This document shows, piece after piece, positions 36,086 to 49,299 of a stretch of DNA of 64,000 bases. Source of the stretch: Paraphysomonas bandaiensis (Eukaryota > Protista > Chrysophyceae); assembly GCA_965644295.1 (NCBI GenBank), contig CBFFRP010000242.1, forward strand, positions 62,001-126,000, in the 5' to 3' direction. The notes under the pieces are model-generated. The model saw only the letters and a list, made by a program, of their open reading frames with translations. It did not search any database and had not been told where the DNA came from. Position 1 is the stretch's first letter. Every line of letters begins with the position of its first letter. The translations under genes and the position numbers were made by a program.

Positions 36086-38327
36086 ATGATTGCTGTAGGT
36101 CTTGTAATTGTTTTTTGTATTATTGGTTTAATACTTATTACCATCATATCACTTGTATGTACACGTGTTAGAAAATGGTTTCAACAAAGTAAATACGATA
36201 CTCTTAATCATAACGCATCCCTATCAGGGAATCTAGTAAGAGAAGTACAAGGATCATTATTAGAACATTACAAATTATCGAAAACATTACTAGGAAGAGG
36301 AGCAAGTGCAGAGTGTTATATTGGTACTCATATTGAGTCCAGGCGACAATATGCCATAAAGATGATTGACACTCGAGATGAGAAAGTATTGAAGTTCTAT
36401 GAGAAAGAGATTCAGATTCTAAAAGATCTTGAACATTTAAATATCATTCGTTTGTATGAAGTATACCGTACACTGCATTCATTACATTTTGTTATGGAAC
36501 TTTGTGTTGGAGGGCATCTTGGAGAGGCACTTGCTTTGCAAAGTGAAGGTCGATTCGATGAAGTTGTCGCGCAGTCATATATTGCCCAACTTGTAGGGGC
36601 AGTGGCTCACTGTCATTCTCGCGGAATTTGTCATAGAGATATTAAACTTCAAAATATACTCTTGGAATCACGCTCTCGGGATGCTCAGATAAAATTAATC
36701 GATTTTGGCAACTCTAAGATGTTTAAACCTGGTGCTGAACCGCGTGCCATTTTCACCAAAATGGCAGGTACCACATATACCATGGCACCTGAGGTGAGAG
36801 GATGTTATAGTTTTTGAAGAGTTTAAGATTTGTTAATGGCACACATGTACTGCAGATTTTCAAGGGCCAGTATGATGAGCGCTGTGATATATGGAGCATA
36901 GGAGTTGTGGCCTATATTCTTCTCAGTGGACGGAGACCCTTTGAGAGTATCGACATTCCTAATCAGCCTGACGCAGGCAAGTCGTCGTTGGTGGCAAATA
37001 TTCTCATGGGCCGATACGACTTTCATCATTACACCTGGGACAGAGTAGGTGACGAAAGCATACAATTCACTCAGTTGTGCCTGACAATGGATTATAATTC
37101 TCGCCCTTCCGCTGCGGAGCTTCAAAAGAATCCCTGGTGCTCTCCGGGCGTAGCGATAAACACAGTGTTGACGGAATCCACCGCAAAGGTTCTTAAGCGT
37201 CGACTCTCTCGGGCCTCATCAACAGGTTTGGGCCGGACATCTATGATTGCGGTTGCTTTTTCGATGCCACCTCAAAAAGCGCGAGAGCTGCGGTCTCTGT
37301 TTCAGCAGATAGATGTGGATGGGAGTGGACAGGTAGACAGGGAAGAATTTAAGGTTGCAGTACAATCGACTGACCCGAATATGGCTGTGGAAGATATCAA
37401 CGTCCTCTTTGATGCAATTGATCAAGACGGAAACGGACAGATTAGCTTCCTTGAATTTGTGGCAGCGCTGCTTGATCCCCGTGAAGTTGACATTAATGAA
37501 GTTAACCAAGTATTATTCTCTATCTGTGTAATGTTTCTAAATCAAGTAATTTACATTGTGTGTAGGCCTTTCGACTGTTGGACCTGGATAATAAGGGTTA
37601 TATCACACACGACGACCTGTACCGGCTATTATCGACTAACTGCGAGAGTGGCTCGTCCGACGCGTGCTCTGGTCCTCATTTATCCCAGGCTTCGTCAACT
37701 GCTAGATCTAACAGCTTCATGGGATTCCGACAAGGACGGGGATCGTTTGATAAAGTATCTCCGTCAAGGGAGCTAAAACGTTCAGACACTTGGCAGGTAT
37801 CAACTCGACCAGCCTCTGGGCACAGAGAGACTCCTGCAGGGAATATTTCTCTCCCAACTTCTGAAAACGAATTGACGAAAGAACATAGAAAATTGAGACT
37901 CAAGGCGAAGGTAAGACATCTCGTGTAGCTGCGAGCTCGTTAACACACTTTATTTACTATACAGGTGAGGGCCATAATTGAACATGCTGATCAAAATGGG
38001 GACGGGAAAATTAGGTATCTCAGAATATTCAGAGATATTAATTCGTTTCATTTGATATTTTTCAGTTATGCGGAATTCGTTCTCGCTATGGCAACTGATA
38101 CTTCTAACGCGACGACAGCTCCGAACACCCGTTCGTCCAATAACAGGCGGAGCTTTAACTCTGATGAGTCTAGACCAATCAGATCGTCAAATTCAGGAGA
38201 AATGTTTGACAATATGATGCCCTCATTGAATGCGTTACGGACAAGTCTGTCGACACTGCTACATGTCGGCAAGAACTATTCTGTAAGTACTGTGATGCCA
38301 GATGATAAGTTCATCGAAAACGTGTAG
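36086..38327 (+). CDS. Calcium-dependent protein kinase (CDPK) with N-terminal transmembrane segment
   Basis: LGRGASA, YAIK, HRDIKLQN, DFG, GTTYTMAPE, DIWSIGV; EF-hands DVDGSGQVDREE, DQDGNGQISFLE, DLDNKGYITHDD and DQNGDGKISYAE. Confidence 0.92.
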
Positions 38328-39383
38328 TAAAGATTCGTACTTACTTCTTCTGTGGGTTTCACGTACACTTGTTTACCAAGCGTTTTGTGCCATGCCGCGA
38401 TGAGAGCTGTATATATATGATGCAATAAAGGCTTTTCTATGGTATATTGCATATTTTTATATGTGTATATTTTTGAACTTGCCATGTTTGTGTTGGATCG
38501 CTTTGATCATATGTCAATACAGATTAGCCCACTAGTTTCCTTTAAATATTTCTCTATTTTATAAACCTCGATACTATAAAACTATTAAAAAATACGTTTT
38601 ATGCTCACCTCAGTCAGTGAAAACTAAGTATATGGGAAGTACTTATAGGTATAAGCGAAAACTTAGAATGTGGCTGCTTCCTGCTTGATTGAACTGTAGC
38701 GCTCTCTGTGTTTTCATGTCATTGAAGTATTTTTATAGGAGTAGAAATATAGCAACATATCTCGGTCAAGAACTACTAGTGCTCACGGCCCAATTTTTCT
38801 ATGGTATATTATTTATTCTACTATACCCTATCGGACTTCAACGTAATATAAAAAACTTTAGTAAAATATTTCATGCTCAACAAAGTTCTCTCTTTGAACA
38901 AGCACGGATAGATGTGTCTACACGGTTCTTAGAATTTTAGATAAAATCATGTGAGGTTCTAAAGAAACTGATATAAATGTATCCAAAAGCATTGACTGTG
39001 TTTTCTGGACCTAACCAAATACTATCGAATGTTAATATCCCCCTCGAATTAAGACATTAATAGCCATTCTTCACCCACGGTTCTAAATACAGTTGCATAT
39101 CTGTGATGTAGAGTATTGTAGTGATGCTATGAAATAAGTTATACCCGCGGTTTTACTGTATGTTAGTGTATACACCCTTTCAAAGTACAATAGTCAGCAC
39201 AACTTTACGATCCTGCAGCAGTTTCGACATATACGACCCTTGTCAGTAGACGCGTAGAGGTATATTGTGAAACGCTGTGATATAAGTGTTGCGGTGTCAA
39301 GCATCGGATACTGGTGATTTTTGAGTGGTATTGGAGTTAATACTGTGATTATGAGTGTGGACTATCGTGGACAGATAGATATC

Positions 39384-39524
39384 CGTATCGGCAGGCAGCA
39401 TCTTTTTTTCGTAAATATATTGAAGCAAAATTTCTCTATAGTACTGCAACACAACTACGACTGGAATACAGATAATTGTTGTCTCAATATATGAGGCATT
39501 TTTGAACAAAAATATACAAAGGAT
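39384..39524 (+). repeat. Second, diverged copy of the 720-863 repeat
   Basis: cgtatcggcaggcagcatc...ttgaagcaaaat...actacgactggaatacagataattgttgtctcaatat aligns with minus 863-720. Confidence 0.8.
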
Positions 39525-40034
39525 ACAAATATGTCTAGATATACCTACATGCTGCTGCTGTCCGCCATATATATAAGAATGTAATACAACGTATAGAACA
39601 GTGTAGGGTATACCAGCAGCAGGCAGCAGTCTACAGACAGTTGAGTATGTACAATATATATGAACATACAGAGTACAGTGAACAGCGCACAGCAGTATCA
39701 TTTGAGATTTTTGAAAAAAAAACAGTTAAGTTATTCCATATCTAACTATCGCACAAACACAACTACTCATAGTGGTAGAACAGTACAGCACAGTACAGTA
39801 TAGTATGTAAGTATAGAACCATATCGTACAATAGAAATAAACGTTGATCACTTCAGAACATTAAACAGGAAGACAATTATAGCATACAGCTAAAGATTAC
39901 ACACAGGAATCACAAGTTAGTGTGTATAGTTCATTAATCATATCTATTCTTTCACTGTATTATTAGACGATATATACTCAGTGGCTTTCATTATATTAAA
40001 GGGTCTCATAAACGTATTCTATCACTACAATTGA

Positions 40035-43000
40035 ATGGATCGAAGATATTCCTCACCGTATCGTGGTCACAGTAGTTCAGAGCCTAATTTTTCTGATATT
40101 TTAAATCGAACTCGTCAAAATATCAGTCGCATATCTCACAGATACTCTTCAGATACATTCGATCCGTCGCCATACTCACAGTCTACGTATGTTTATTGTA
40201 GTAATGAATAGTGAAGATGTATGACTTTGTATTTAGACGATATGCAGTAGCGACAAGGGATAGTCATGATGGAGATGCTGTCAAAAGTGACAGACAGCAG
40301 CCGGTGAAGGTTAGCACACCATTGGCCCAATCACATGAAAACATGCAGCTCGTCGCCAATAAAGTGGAATCAAGTACAATCGATGATATATTGGACCGTC
40401 TATCTTATATTGAGAGAGAGAATGAAAAAAGAAGTAAATTTGATGATCGTTTATCCAGAGTAGAGAGCTCATTGGAGAACCTACAATCAACGGTAAGTAA
40501 GCAGTGTCATATATATATCATATTAAGTGCAGTAGAACAGTAATTGTGCTGTTTTCGTTGTTATTTATCTTCGATATATACGCGTAATGTAGAATAACTT
40601 TGTCGGAATTTTTCTTCTTTTCTCGTGGATTTCGTATATTCATTTTATGTATGTTGCATATAGATCGATAATCTCGTTGCGGAGTCCAAAGAAACACGAA
40701 GGGAAATGGCACGGTTCTCAACTCAAATAAACAGTCATAGCACAGCTATAGAAGTTCTACAACATGACGTGGATTCCCGTAGAAGGTACTATGATATATA
40801 TTATGTGATAAAGAAATAAGTTGCTATTGCACTTTCAATTTTCGTATGTAATTGGAATATAATTTGAACCGTTTATGTGACCATATTGTTTGTAGCACAA
40901 TATCGAAATTCGACTCCTGGGTGCGACAGGGAGAACAGTGGAGAACTGATATTGAAGGACAGTTATCTGACATAGCAGCCAATAATAAGTACGTAAAAAA
41001 ATCTGTGAACTACACTTATAGCAATACTGGAACAGTGCATTACAACTAGTGTGCATGTTATGGCGATGTTGGCTTATATTGTTAATGACATAAAAAACGA
41101 CGATGTGATAGGACGCTGTGTATTCGATTCGATGTCTTTTTTATACTTTGTTAATATTTTTGTAGAATGGTCAAAAGAGTACTTGCTGAAAATAAGGTAA
41201 CTAAGCCTTTCAATTTTGACGTGTTTAATATTTCATTCACAGTCTACATTATCGGAGCGTGTGACAAAAGACGATCTGGAAAACCTTAGAGATAGGGTTA
41301 ATGTAAGACTTATTATTTTTAGCTGCTTTTGGGTGAATTGTTTGAGTGTTGGTTACATGTACTTGCCTCGTCTGCATGCAGTATTGATATTTTGTGCAGA
41401 TATCTACTCAGCAGACCGTTGCAGCATCTCTAGCGGCATGGCATGACAAGGTTGAGTTGAGCGTGCGACAACTGGAAAGACAGGTGGCAGCTATTCGCTT
41501 AGGTACAACAATATCTGATTCAGCAACTGGAGGATCTCTGACTGACGAAGAGGTAATTCGTTGCTTTACCGAAACTTTAATTTATTGATAAATGTACCAC
41601 AGGTCAAAAAAGCGTTGATGACACAGCAACCTTCAGAACTCTTGCTTAAAGGAGTCGTATCTTCGGAAGTCCGGTCTATGGAGACGGACTTAGAAAACAA
41701 GGTGCGCGCAAAACTATATAATATTTCCTTATATAATTCATACACACTGAGTTTTCTAAAGTTATGTATTTTTGGGTGTCTCAGCATCATATATGCTCCA
41801 CAATGTTTGAATATATTTTTTCATCTCTACCCCTCAGATTCAGTTGCATATGATGGCCAATCTTCGCTCTCATGTGTATGAAGCGAACAAAGAAGCCAAG
41901 GATGACCTGAAACAATATTTGAAACAGCTGGTTTCTCATATGGGTGGGATAATGCAAGAAGGTGTCATTAGTGTGTCTAAAGAAGTAGGGGAGACCAAAG
42001 ACGGTGACTTTGATTCCGAGACTGCATTAGCCATTGCGCGTCATAATGCTATGGTCAAAGAGAAGGACCGTGAGTTTAGAAATATGGTTGATAGGTGCGT
42101 CTTTCGAGTTCATTGTTCCCTCTTGTTTGACAACTTTTTGAGTGCCTTGGGGAGATAGTGTGTGGTTTTATTTATTTAATGTATGCGTAGGCTTGAGGAC
42201 TTGTCATCAGTGATCATATCCATTCAAGAATCTATGGAAGCTAAAGAAAAGACTTCTACTATCGAGTATCGTGCTCTGGAGCGTAAATTGGAAGAGTGTG
42301 TCAGCATGTCATCTGCATATGTCAGTACCATTCAAAATCGCGCGTCTGATTTAGAGAGATATGTTCAGGACAGTGAGAACAACCAAAAGATTCGGTACGT
42401 CAACTTTATGTATTCGTGATAGAAAACTTGTCCTTAAAATTGCTATTATATACATAGGCACAGTCAATTGCGCGATGAAATGTTAGATAGAATGACTGAA
42501 ATTAGTCAAATGACATCAACTGAACGTGCTGAACTTGAAAAACGAATGATCGTTGTAGAGAAGGTTGTGGAATCCGTTGTGGATAGAGTGGATATGTCAA
42601 AGAATGTATTTGATGGTCTATTTGCTGCATCGCCAGAAATTAAGCGCTTCCAGACTTCTGCTGTAAAATTGGAGGGTTTGTTGGTGGAATTCACATCACT
42701 ACGGTACGTATACAACTGCACATTGGACAGTATTTGATAAACTTCGTATCTAGGAGCGATGTGCGTGAGCTTGAGTCCAGCGTTGGTAAAGTTCAAGGAA
42801 CCGTTGCGAAAAAAGACGAGGTAGTGTTATACTCTGTGAAACTCACTATTTTTATTTCTATTACCAGATATCCGAGCTTCGAGAAAGGTTATCTCATGTT
42901 GAACCACTTGGAAGACAGGTATTCGTCTGAAACTCAAATTACGATATGCCATTTACCACTTTTGTCATTGTTTGCTACTTTAGGTAGATGAGCTTTCAGT

Positions 43001-46000
43001 TGCACAGCAGAAAATTCAGGATGAAGTTTTTTCTGCTAAGAGCTCGCTTGTATCTGTCAACTCTGCTGTTGATACCTTGAAAACAAATTATTTAACTACT
43101 ACGGAACGAATATCTAAAACTGAATCTACTATTTCTAATCTATCGCGCGAAATGAGAGAAGCTAATGATGCCTTGGACCGCAAGCTTTCATCCAAGATAA
43201 TGACTTGCGAGGAAACAGTTCACACGAATAATTCCTCCCTACAGAACAGTATTCAACAAATTCATTCTAGCATTTCATCTGTATCGTCGAACTTAAGTAC
43301 AACAACGGGCTCAGTTAGTGTATTACAAGAAAAGGTAGAAACACTACAGTCCACTGCGAAGGAACACCGCACCATGATATCGAAAAATGAAATGGCTATA
43401 CTTCATAATCAAAAGGAATTGAATAATATCCAGCATCAAGTATCAAAAGTTCAAATGGAGACGGAGAGCAAAACAGCAGGTAAATAAATGATATTACGAA
43501 ATAGCTGAAGATTAATTTGGGTGCACTTTTCCAGGAATAAAGGATTTAAAGAAACAGATTTCTAATATTGATGATCGGGTTGAAGTTATTAGAGTGAGTG
43601 AAATCTAGTGCTTATATATGTTGCAGTTTTTAGTGTAAGTTTGTTTAGGGAAAACAAGAGGAGATGACATCGTCGAACCAACAGCTGACCCAGCAAAAGC
43701 TTGATGATCGATTTTCCACTCGTACAAGCAGTCATACCTATAGTCAGGAGCGTCTTACAAAGTCTTCGCGTCCAATGTCGTTACCGTTTAAAACAGAGAG
43801 TCAAGATTCAGCCCCTGAGAGTTGGGGGCATTCGTTGATGGATACAAGAGGCCATACTTCCGATGTTGCCACTTTGGAAGGTGATCATTCTTTAAACATT
43901 CCTTCTGGTGGTAATACAAACAAAAAAACAGTTAGTGAGGCAAGCCCTCCAATGTCAAAGAGAAATATCAGTGATAGCAGTTTTGATATTCCATCTTTAG
44001 AAGGAGATAGTGAGAAAAGTACGTCAGTGAAAAGTCATTCTCCCAGTAGAACTATTGGAAGCACTGATAGCTCCCCTCATAGCATACGAGTTGCTGGTGA
44101 TAGCGGGTTTGATGTTTCCACACTAGGAGATGAAAGGAGCGCCAATATTGTAGAGCCTTTAGATACAGTCGGAAGTCAAATATCTGGGAAAAGGAGCCCT
44201 TTAGTGAAGTCACAGAATACTAGTGATAGCAGCTTTTACATTCCAACTCTTGGAGGTGATGACAACAGCACTGTTGACTCTCCGGGTAAACAGCCACTCT
44301 CCAAGGAATCGAATGATGTCAGTGACTCAAGTTTTAATATTCCAACACTTGATGCTAATGCTGATATGCAATTTCATTCCTCTGCGGAGTCATCTCCACA
44401 AAAAGTTACATCGCAAACAAGTGTTACAGATAAGGATTACACCCGTGATGTGTATGACTCAGATTCGAGTGCGGCTTCAACGCCAACGAAGTCTCATTTG
44501 CACTCGCCGGCTGCGAGTGGTCCGTTTAAGCAAAAATCTCCTGAGATTAGCAACGATAATGACGGAGTGATGCAGTTTGATGATCTCTCATCTGCGGGGT
44601 CTACTCCTCTCAAGCCTTCTCATCCCACTAAACCTATAACAAGTGGTACTGACTTTATGTCCAATCTGGAGAACAGCTTTGATGATAGTATGGATGCTTC
44701 AGCATTCTCACCATTAAAGAGTGATTCAGCTGCAGTTGATGTCTACAAGAATGATTCACGTGTAGAACCCCATCGTAATTCTTTTCCCAGCTCGCCAGGC
44801 CGAATTGAGTCACCGGTGACATCGCCTCGACGTGATGACAGTGTCGATGACATAAATACATCAGAAGATAACAAGGTGTTGAGTTTTTCGATGGTATCAA
44901 GTGCGGACGAGAGGAATAAAGTAATAAGCAGTGATGACAGTGACACTGATCCTCACCATCATACAGAACCTCGGATGCTAAGACCCAGCCCTTCGGGTAG
45001 CGAATCTAACTCTGTAAAAAGTATAGAAAGTATAGAGTCTGATGTGAGAATGACAGACATGTCAGAAGTACGCGGGACAGCCTCTGCTAACACTAGTAAC
45101 GTTAAATTAGAAAAAACTGAACCGATTACCATGGTCGATTCACTCCAGTCATCTAACGATATTTCCAACAATAACATAGATGATGGCAGTGATTGGGACG
45201 ATGATAGTGACGATAATGACGACGACACAGTACCGGAGATATCCCAGAAATCTGAATCAGATGATGAAGTTGGTTATAAATCATCTAGCAAAGCAATATC
45301 GTCAAGTAGTGAGAGTGATATCGATGAGAACGATGAGCAGTTAATGTCTGGAAATAAATCCCCGAGATCTTCACCTATTAAAGAGTCAAACCCTGATGAA
45401 AAGCCTATGGATTTATCAGGTTTATCCATTAGGTATGTCGTTAGCACATTTCATCCTTGTTTTTTTAATGAGTATAATGTAGGGAGAGACTACAATTTCG
45501 CCGAGAAGCTCTCCGGAAGGAGCGCGAGGGTGAACGTGCTCCAGTTTCATCCTTCACATCTGCCGTAGCTACGAATGCGGATGTAGATGCTAATGCACCT
45601 AGTGATAGCGATGAATCAGTCGACATTGGTGACATTTCGTTTTCGTCATCGGAGTCCTCTCAAGAGAATTCACCCCAGAAAGCTGATATTGTCAAACCTG
45701 GAATGTCCTCAGCGACGCAACATGCTACCAATACCACTGAGCGAGATAAATCATTTGATAGTGATATTTCTACTGATGATACGAATCAAAAGTCTACTAT
45801 TACTTCAGCACAACCTTCACTGTCGACAACTTCTCAAGATTCTAGGGCTCAACCATTTGGTGCGGTGGTAACTAAGAAATATGGTGTCAGAAGTTTTGAA
45901 TCTGATGAAGATGAGGAAGACGAAGTAATTGGTAAGAGTGCCGATGACGACCAAGGTGACGATATGGTGATGAGCTTTGGAGACGATGACTTTGATGATG

Positions 46001-46008
46001 AATTTTGA
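40035..46008 (+). CDS. Large hypothetical protein: N-terminal coiled coil, C-terminal Ser/Asp-rich disordered region (about 17-19 exons)
   Basis: Chain of heptad-rich exons bounded by GT-AG from ATG 40035 (MDRRYSSPYR); long exon 43649-45432; ends DDDFDDEF*. Confidence 0.75.
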
Positions 46009-46800
46009 GACGTTGTACAGCCACGTATGCTGTCGTTATAACGGATGTAATAACATAAACTACCAGTATTGCATTATAGTATGTAATGCAGCAAATATGA
46101 CTAAATAATTATAATTGATTTTGTTGGATATGTTTATATTCAATTCTGAACTACTATATGTAGAAGCACTATGAGTTACCCATTTAATATATAGTTTAAA
46201 TGTGCAATGTAAAATCTAGTGAATTGGCTGGAACGTATATCTTCATTTACTGTTAGGTATCGTACCAAAGTCTCAGATACAAACTATTACGGCGGCTGTT
46301 CACTTTATAAGAGAAAAGAAAGTTTATTATTTTGGTAAGTGGATTTGAAGTTTTCAGATAAGTACATGTAATATAAGGAATGTCTCTCCGACATATCCAG
46401 TGGGTATCAGCACCCCATAAAACTGTCAAAGTTAGGTTTTATGTCTCATTAAGTAGAAAGCAGTTAAAATGTGCCGAGTTCATCTATAAATTATGAAAGA
46501 ATAACACATACAAACCATTCATCATTATAGTAATCACATGAAGATATCGCTTATCAGCTCTACTCTTCCACTGCACCGCACTGCACACATACATTATGAA
46601 CAATTCTCTAACGACAGTTTCCATTTACTCCGCATATCAATCTTCCTCTGCTGAAGATAGCAGTGTGTGTCTCATATGATACGTATAGTTAATAGCCTAT
46701 ACAGCACGTGACAATCAATCTGTGTGATACATATTTTACATGCGCTCCATATCATATGCTCTATATGAGCCTGTTATGCTGTTGGGCCACTAATTATAGT

Positions 46801-46956
46801 GAGACAAAAGACAAAAAGACAGAAGACATTTTTTCGGGAAAAATGTCTTCTGAGCATGAAAAGCTGAAGTTATAGGAGGACAAAAGACAGAAATCCGTCG
46901 AAAGACAAAATGTCTTTTTGTCTTCAAGGACAGAAATCGAGAGTGGAAGACATTTT
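46801..46956. repeat. AAGAC-unit repeat cluster with two perfect hairpins; probable DNA-transposon subterminal region
   Basis: agaagacattttt-tcggg-aaaaatgtcttct (13-bp stem), aagacaaaa-tgtct-ttttgtctt, and about 8 aagaca-like units. Confidence 0.6.
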
Positions 46957-47010
46957 TACACAATAGAGCTTCGTTAATAGTTATACACCTGATAAACAGC
47001 ACCAGGCGCA

Positions 47011-47655
47011 ATGATTTATAGTCTCAAGCATTGGCAGAAGCTTGCCATTGCTTTGGCAGGCATGGAGACCCATGGTGTCAAGACCACGACGGTAACAGAG
47101 CTTGGAGAAATATGTCTGAGAAACTTCTTACGACACGCCGCACTCCTGGTCAACAATGAAAGCACTGACATCTACATCAGTGAAACTTTATCCCTGGCCG
47201 AGTATATTCCGGCAGGAACCATAATTATTGATCAGATTGTGAAAGGTGAAACCATACACATATACATACATGCATATATGAACTCTTAGGAATAAGCTCT
47301 GAAACTATTTGGCGACACTGGAAAGAAATAATGAGTTCACTCCAGATTTTGTTAGCCTTTTGAATAAGGTAAGGTATATATATCTTCTAATGTTATTCAA
47401 TAGTAATATTTCTTGCAGGACGGAACAATGCCGTCAGGCGTGCAGATGAGAGAGTTGCACATCAAGACGTTGGAGCTCTCCTGGAATCGTAAAGAAGCTG
47501 AAATGATTAAAAGGAGTGCTAGCACAACTCTTGAAGGGGAGGACAATGAAACTGACAGCAACGCCAAGCCGTTCGACCCCGATGGTATTATCTTGGTCCG
47601 ATTGATTTGGTCTAACCAGCTGGGGAACATTGTTGGGAAAAGTCCCAAAATGTAA
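47011..47655 (+). pseudogene. Three-exon gene fragment with apparent frameshift
   Basis: Splice sites present at about 47245/47290 and 47368/47419. Exon 2 enters in frame ISSETIWRHWKE but must exit in frame RNNEFTPDFVSLLNK to join DGTMPSG. Confidence 0.4.
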
Positions 47656-47711
47656 CTCAAAATCAAGAAGTTTTAGATATAAAATAGCAGAACAAAATGC
47701 AAAAAAAAGAG

Positions 47712-47784
47712 TGATCCCGGCCGGAATCGAACCGGCGACCTTTTCGGTGTAAGCGAAACGTGATAACCGCTACACCACGGAACC
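47712..47784 (-). tRNA. tRNA-Val(TAC)
   Basis: GGTTCCGTGGTGTAGCGGTTATCACGTTTCGCTTACACCGAAAAGGTCGCCGGTTCGATTCCGGCCGGGATCA; full cloverleaf followed by an oligo-T terminator. Confidence 0.97.
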
Positions 47785-48111
47785 AAGACAGTGGGAACTG
47801 CAGAGACACATCACATTCTTGACAGAAGAATATATATATCCAATATAATTAACAACCAATGATTGCCATGTCGCCATCCGATCGCCCATCACCTCACGCC
47901 GTCTACTTCGTACGATGTACAACGCATATAGATATATCTGTATATTGTACACATAGCAGGAATAAAGTGTACAGATACTTCTGAATTCTATGCAAGCTAT
48001 TTATTGGCATAAAGCACATCCGAGTGTAAAACGTATAAAAAGTGCCGAAAATGTAACTCAAAATCCAGAGGTTTTAGAAATAAAGTAACAGAACAAAATG
48101 CAAAAAAAGAG

Positions 48112-48184
48112 TGATCCCGGCCGGAATCGAACCGGCGACCTTTTCGGTGTAAGCGAAACGTGATAACCGCTACACCACGGAACC
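48112..48184 (-). tRNA. tRNA-Val(TAC), identical second copy
   Basis: Identical to 47712-47784, 400 bp away, with oligo-T terminator. Confidence 0.97.
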
Positions 48185-48284
48185 AATACATTTGAGTGTG
48201 TAAATTATAAGTAATATAATTGTATTATTTTGTGAGATTGAGTCTATAATATAAACAGGAGTGGGTGGAAGGGAAGAAAAATCA

Positions 48285-48357
48285 TGATTCCGGCCGGAAT
48301 CGAACCGGCGACCTTGTCGGTGTTAACGACATGTGATAACCCCTACACCACGGAATC
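48285..48357 (-). tRNA. tRNA-Val(AAC)
   Basis: GATTCCGTGGTGTAGGGGTTATCACATGTCGTTAACACCGACAAGGTCGCCGGTTCGATTCCGGCCGGAATCA; anticodon stem TGTCG/CGACA; T5 terminator. Confidence 0.97.
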
Positions 48358-49299
48358 GTTGTGATATATAAGGAGATAATTATGTAATATAATACTTACT
48401 TTCACATTATATATCGTATTAGGATATACAGTTCAGTCCTCTTGATGCATATGGCTGATATCCCATTAATCGAGTATAAATAACTTACCTCACTACAGAC
48501 CCATATATTCGTTATATTATCCCACACAGGACATCACTGTACAGGGGTATATACCCCAACTATGACGGATCCACTGCTCTTACCGGAGATGTTAACAAGT
48601 AATTATGTTATGTTATAAATCGCTGAGAGTGATATTCTAGTGGCTTCAACGTTGAACCATGACTATATCTTGACGATGATTTTGTATTTGGGTATTTATA
48701 GCTATGTGTCTTCATGTAGATGTATCTCTGTTATTTACTTGTTGGATTTGTGTGTATATTTATATGAAATGGACTGTGCATTATGAACGTTCTATCCTCT
48801 AGTTATATTACTATCATCGCCCCACAAATATAAGTTGCGTCTTTGACTGCTTTCCACTTGATCATACGAAGTGTAGTAAAGCGAATCCACTGTAATTCAC
48901 TGTCATCTATGAACAAATAGTGTAGTGCTACGATGTCGAGCTGCAGACTGTACTGCAGTTGCTATCATGTACGTGTGAACAATGATAGTTGTATTCATTA
49001 GGACATAGCTGACTATAATTTATTAATTTCACAGCACGATGGTGTCATAAGTACATTCTAGGAATGGCAATTACAATCTTTCTACAACAATGAAGAACTC
49101 ATATTTTTATTTACCGATCTAGTTCATGGTCAACGCATGCTGTTTTTGTACCAGTACGTGTTTAAGCGTGTTTGAACACTGACAAATTAAAAGTTACTCA
49201 GTACGTGTGGATACCAAAACTACAATTTACACTTAAGTTATTCTTCTACTCCATCGTTAACAGAAGTCATCAATCTGGGAAGGAAAATGTAGGCATTCG

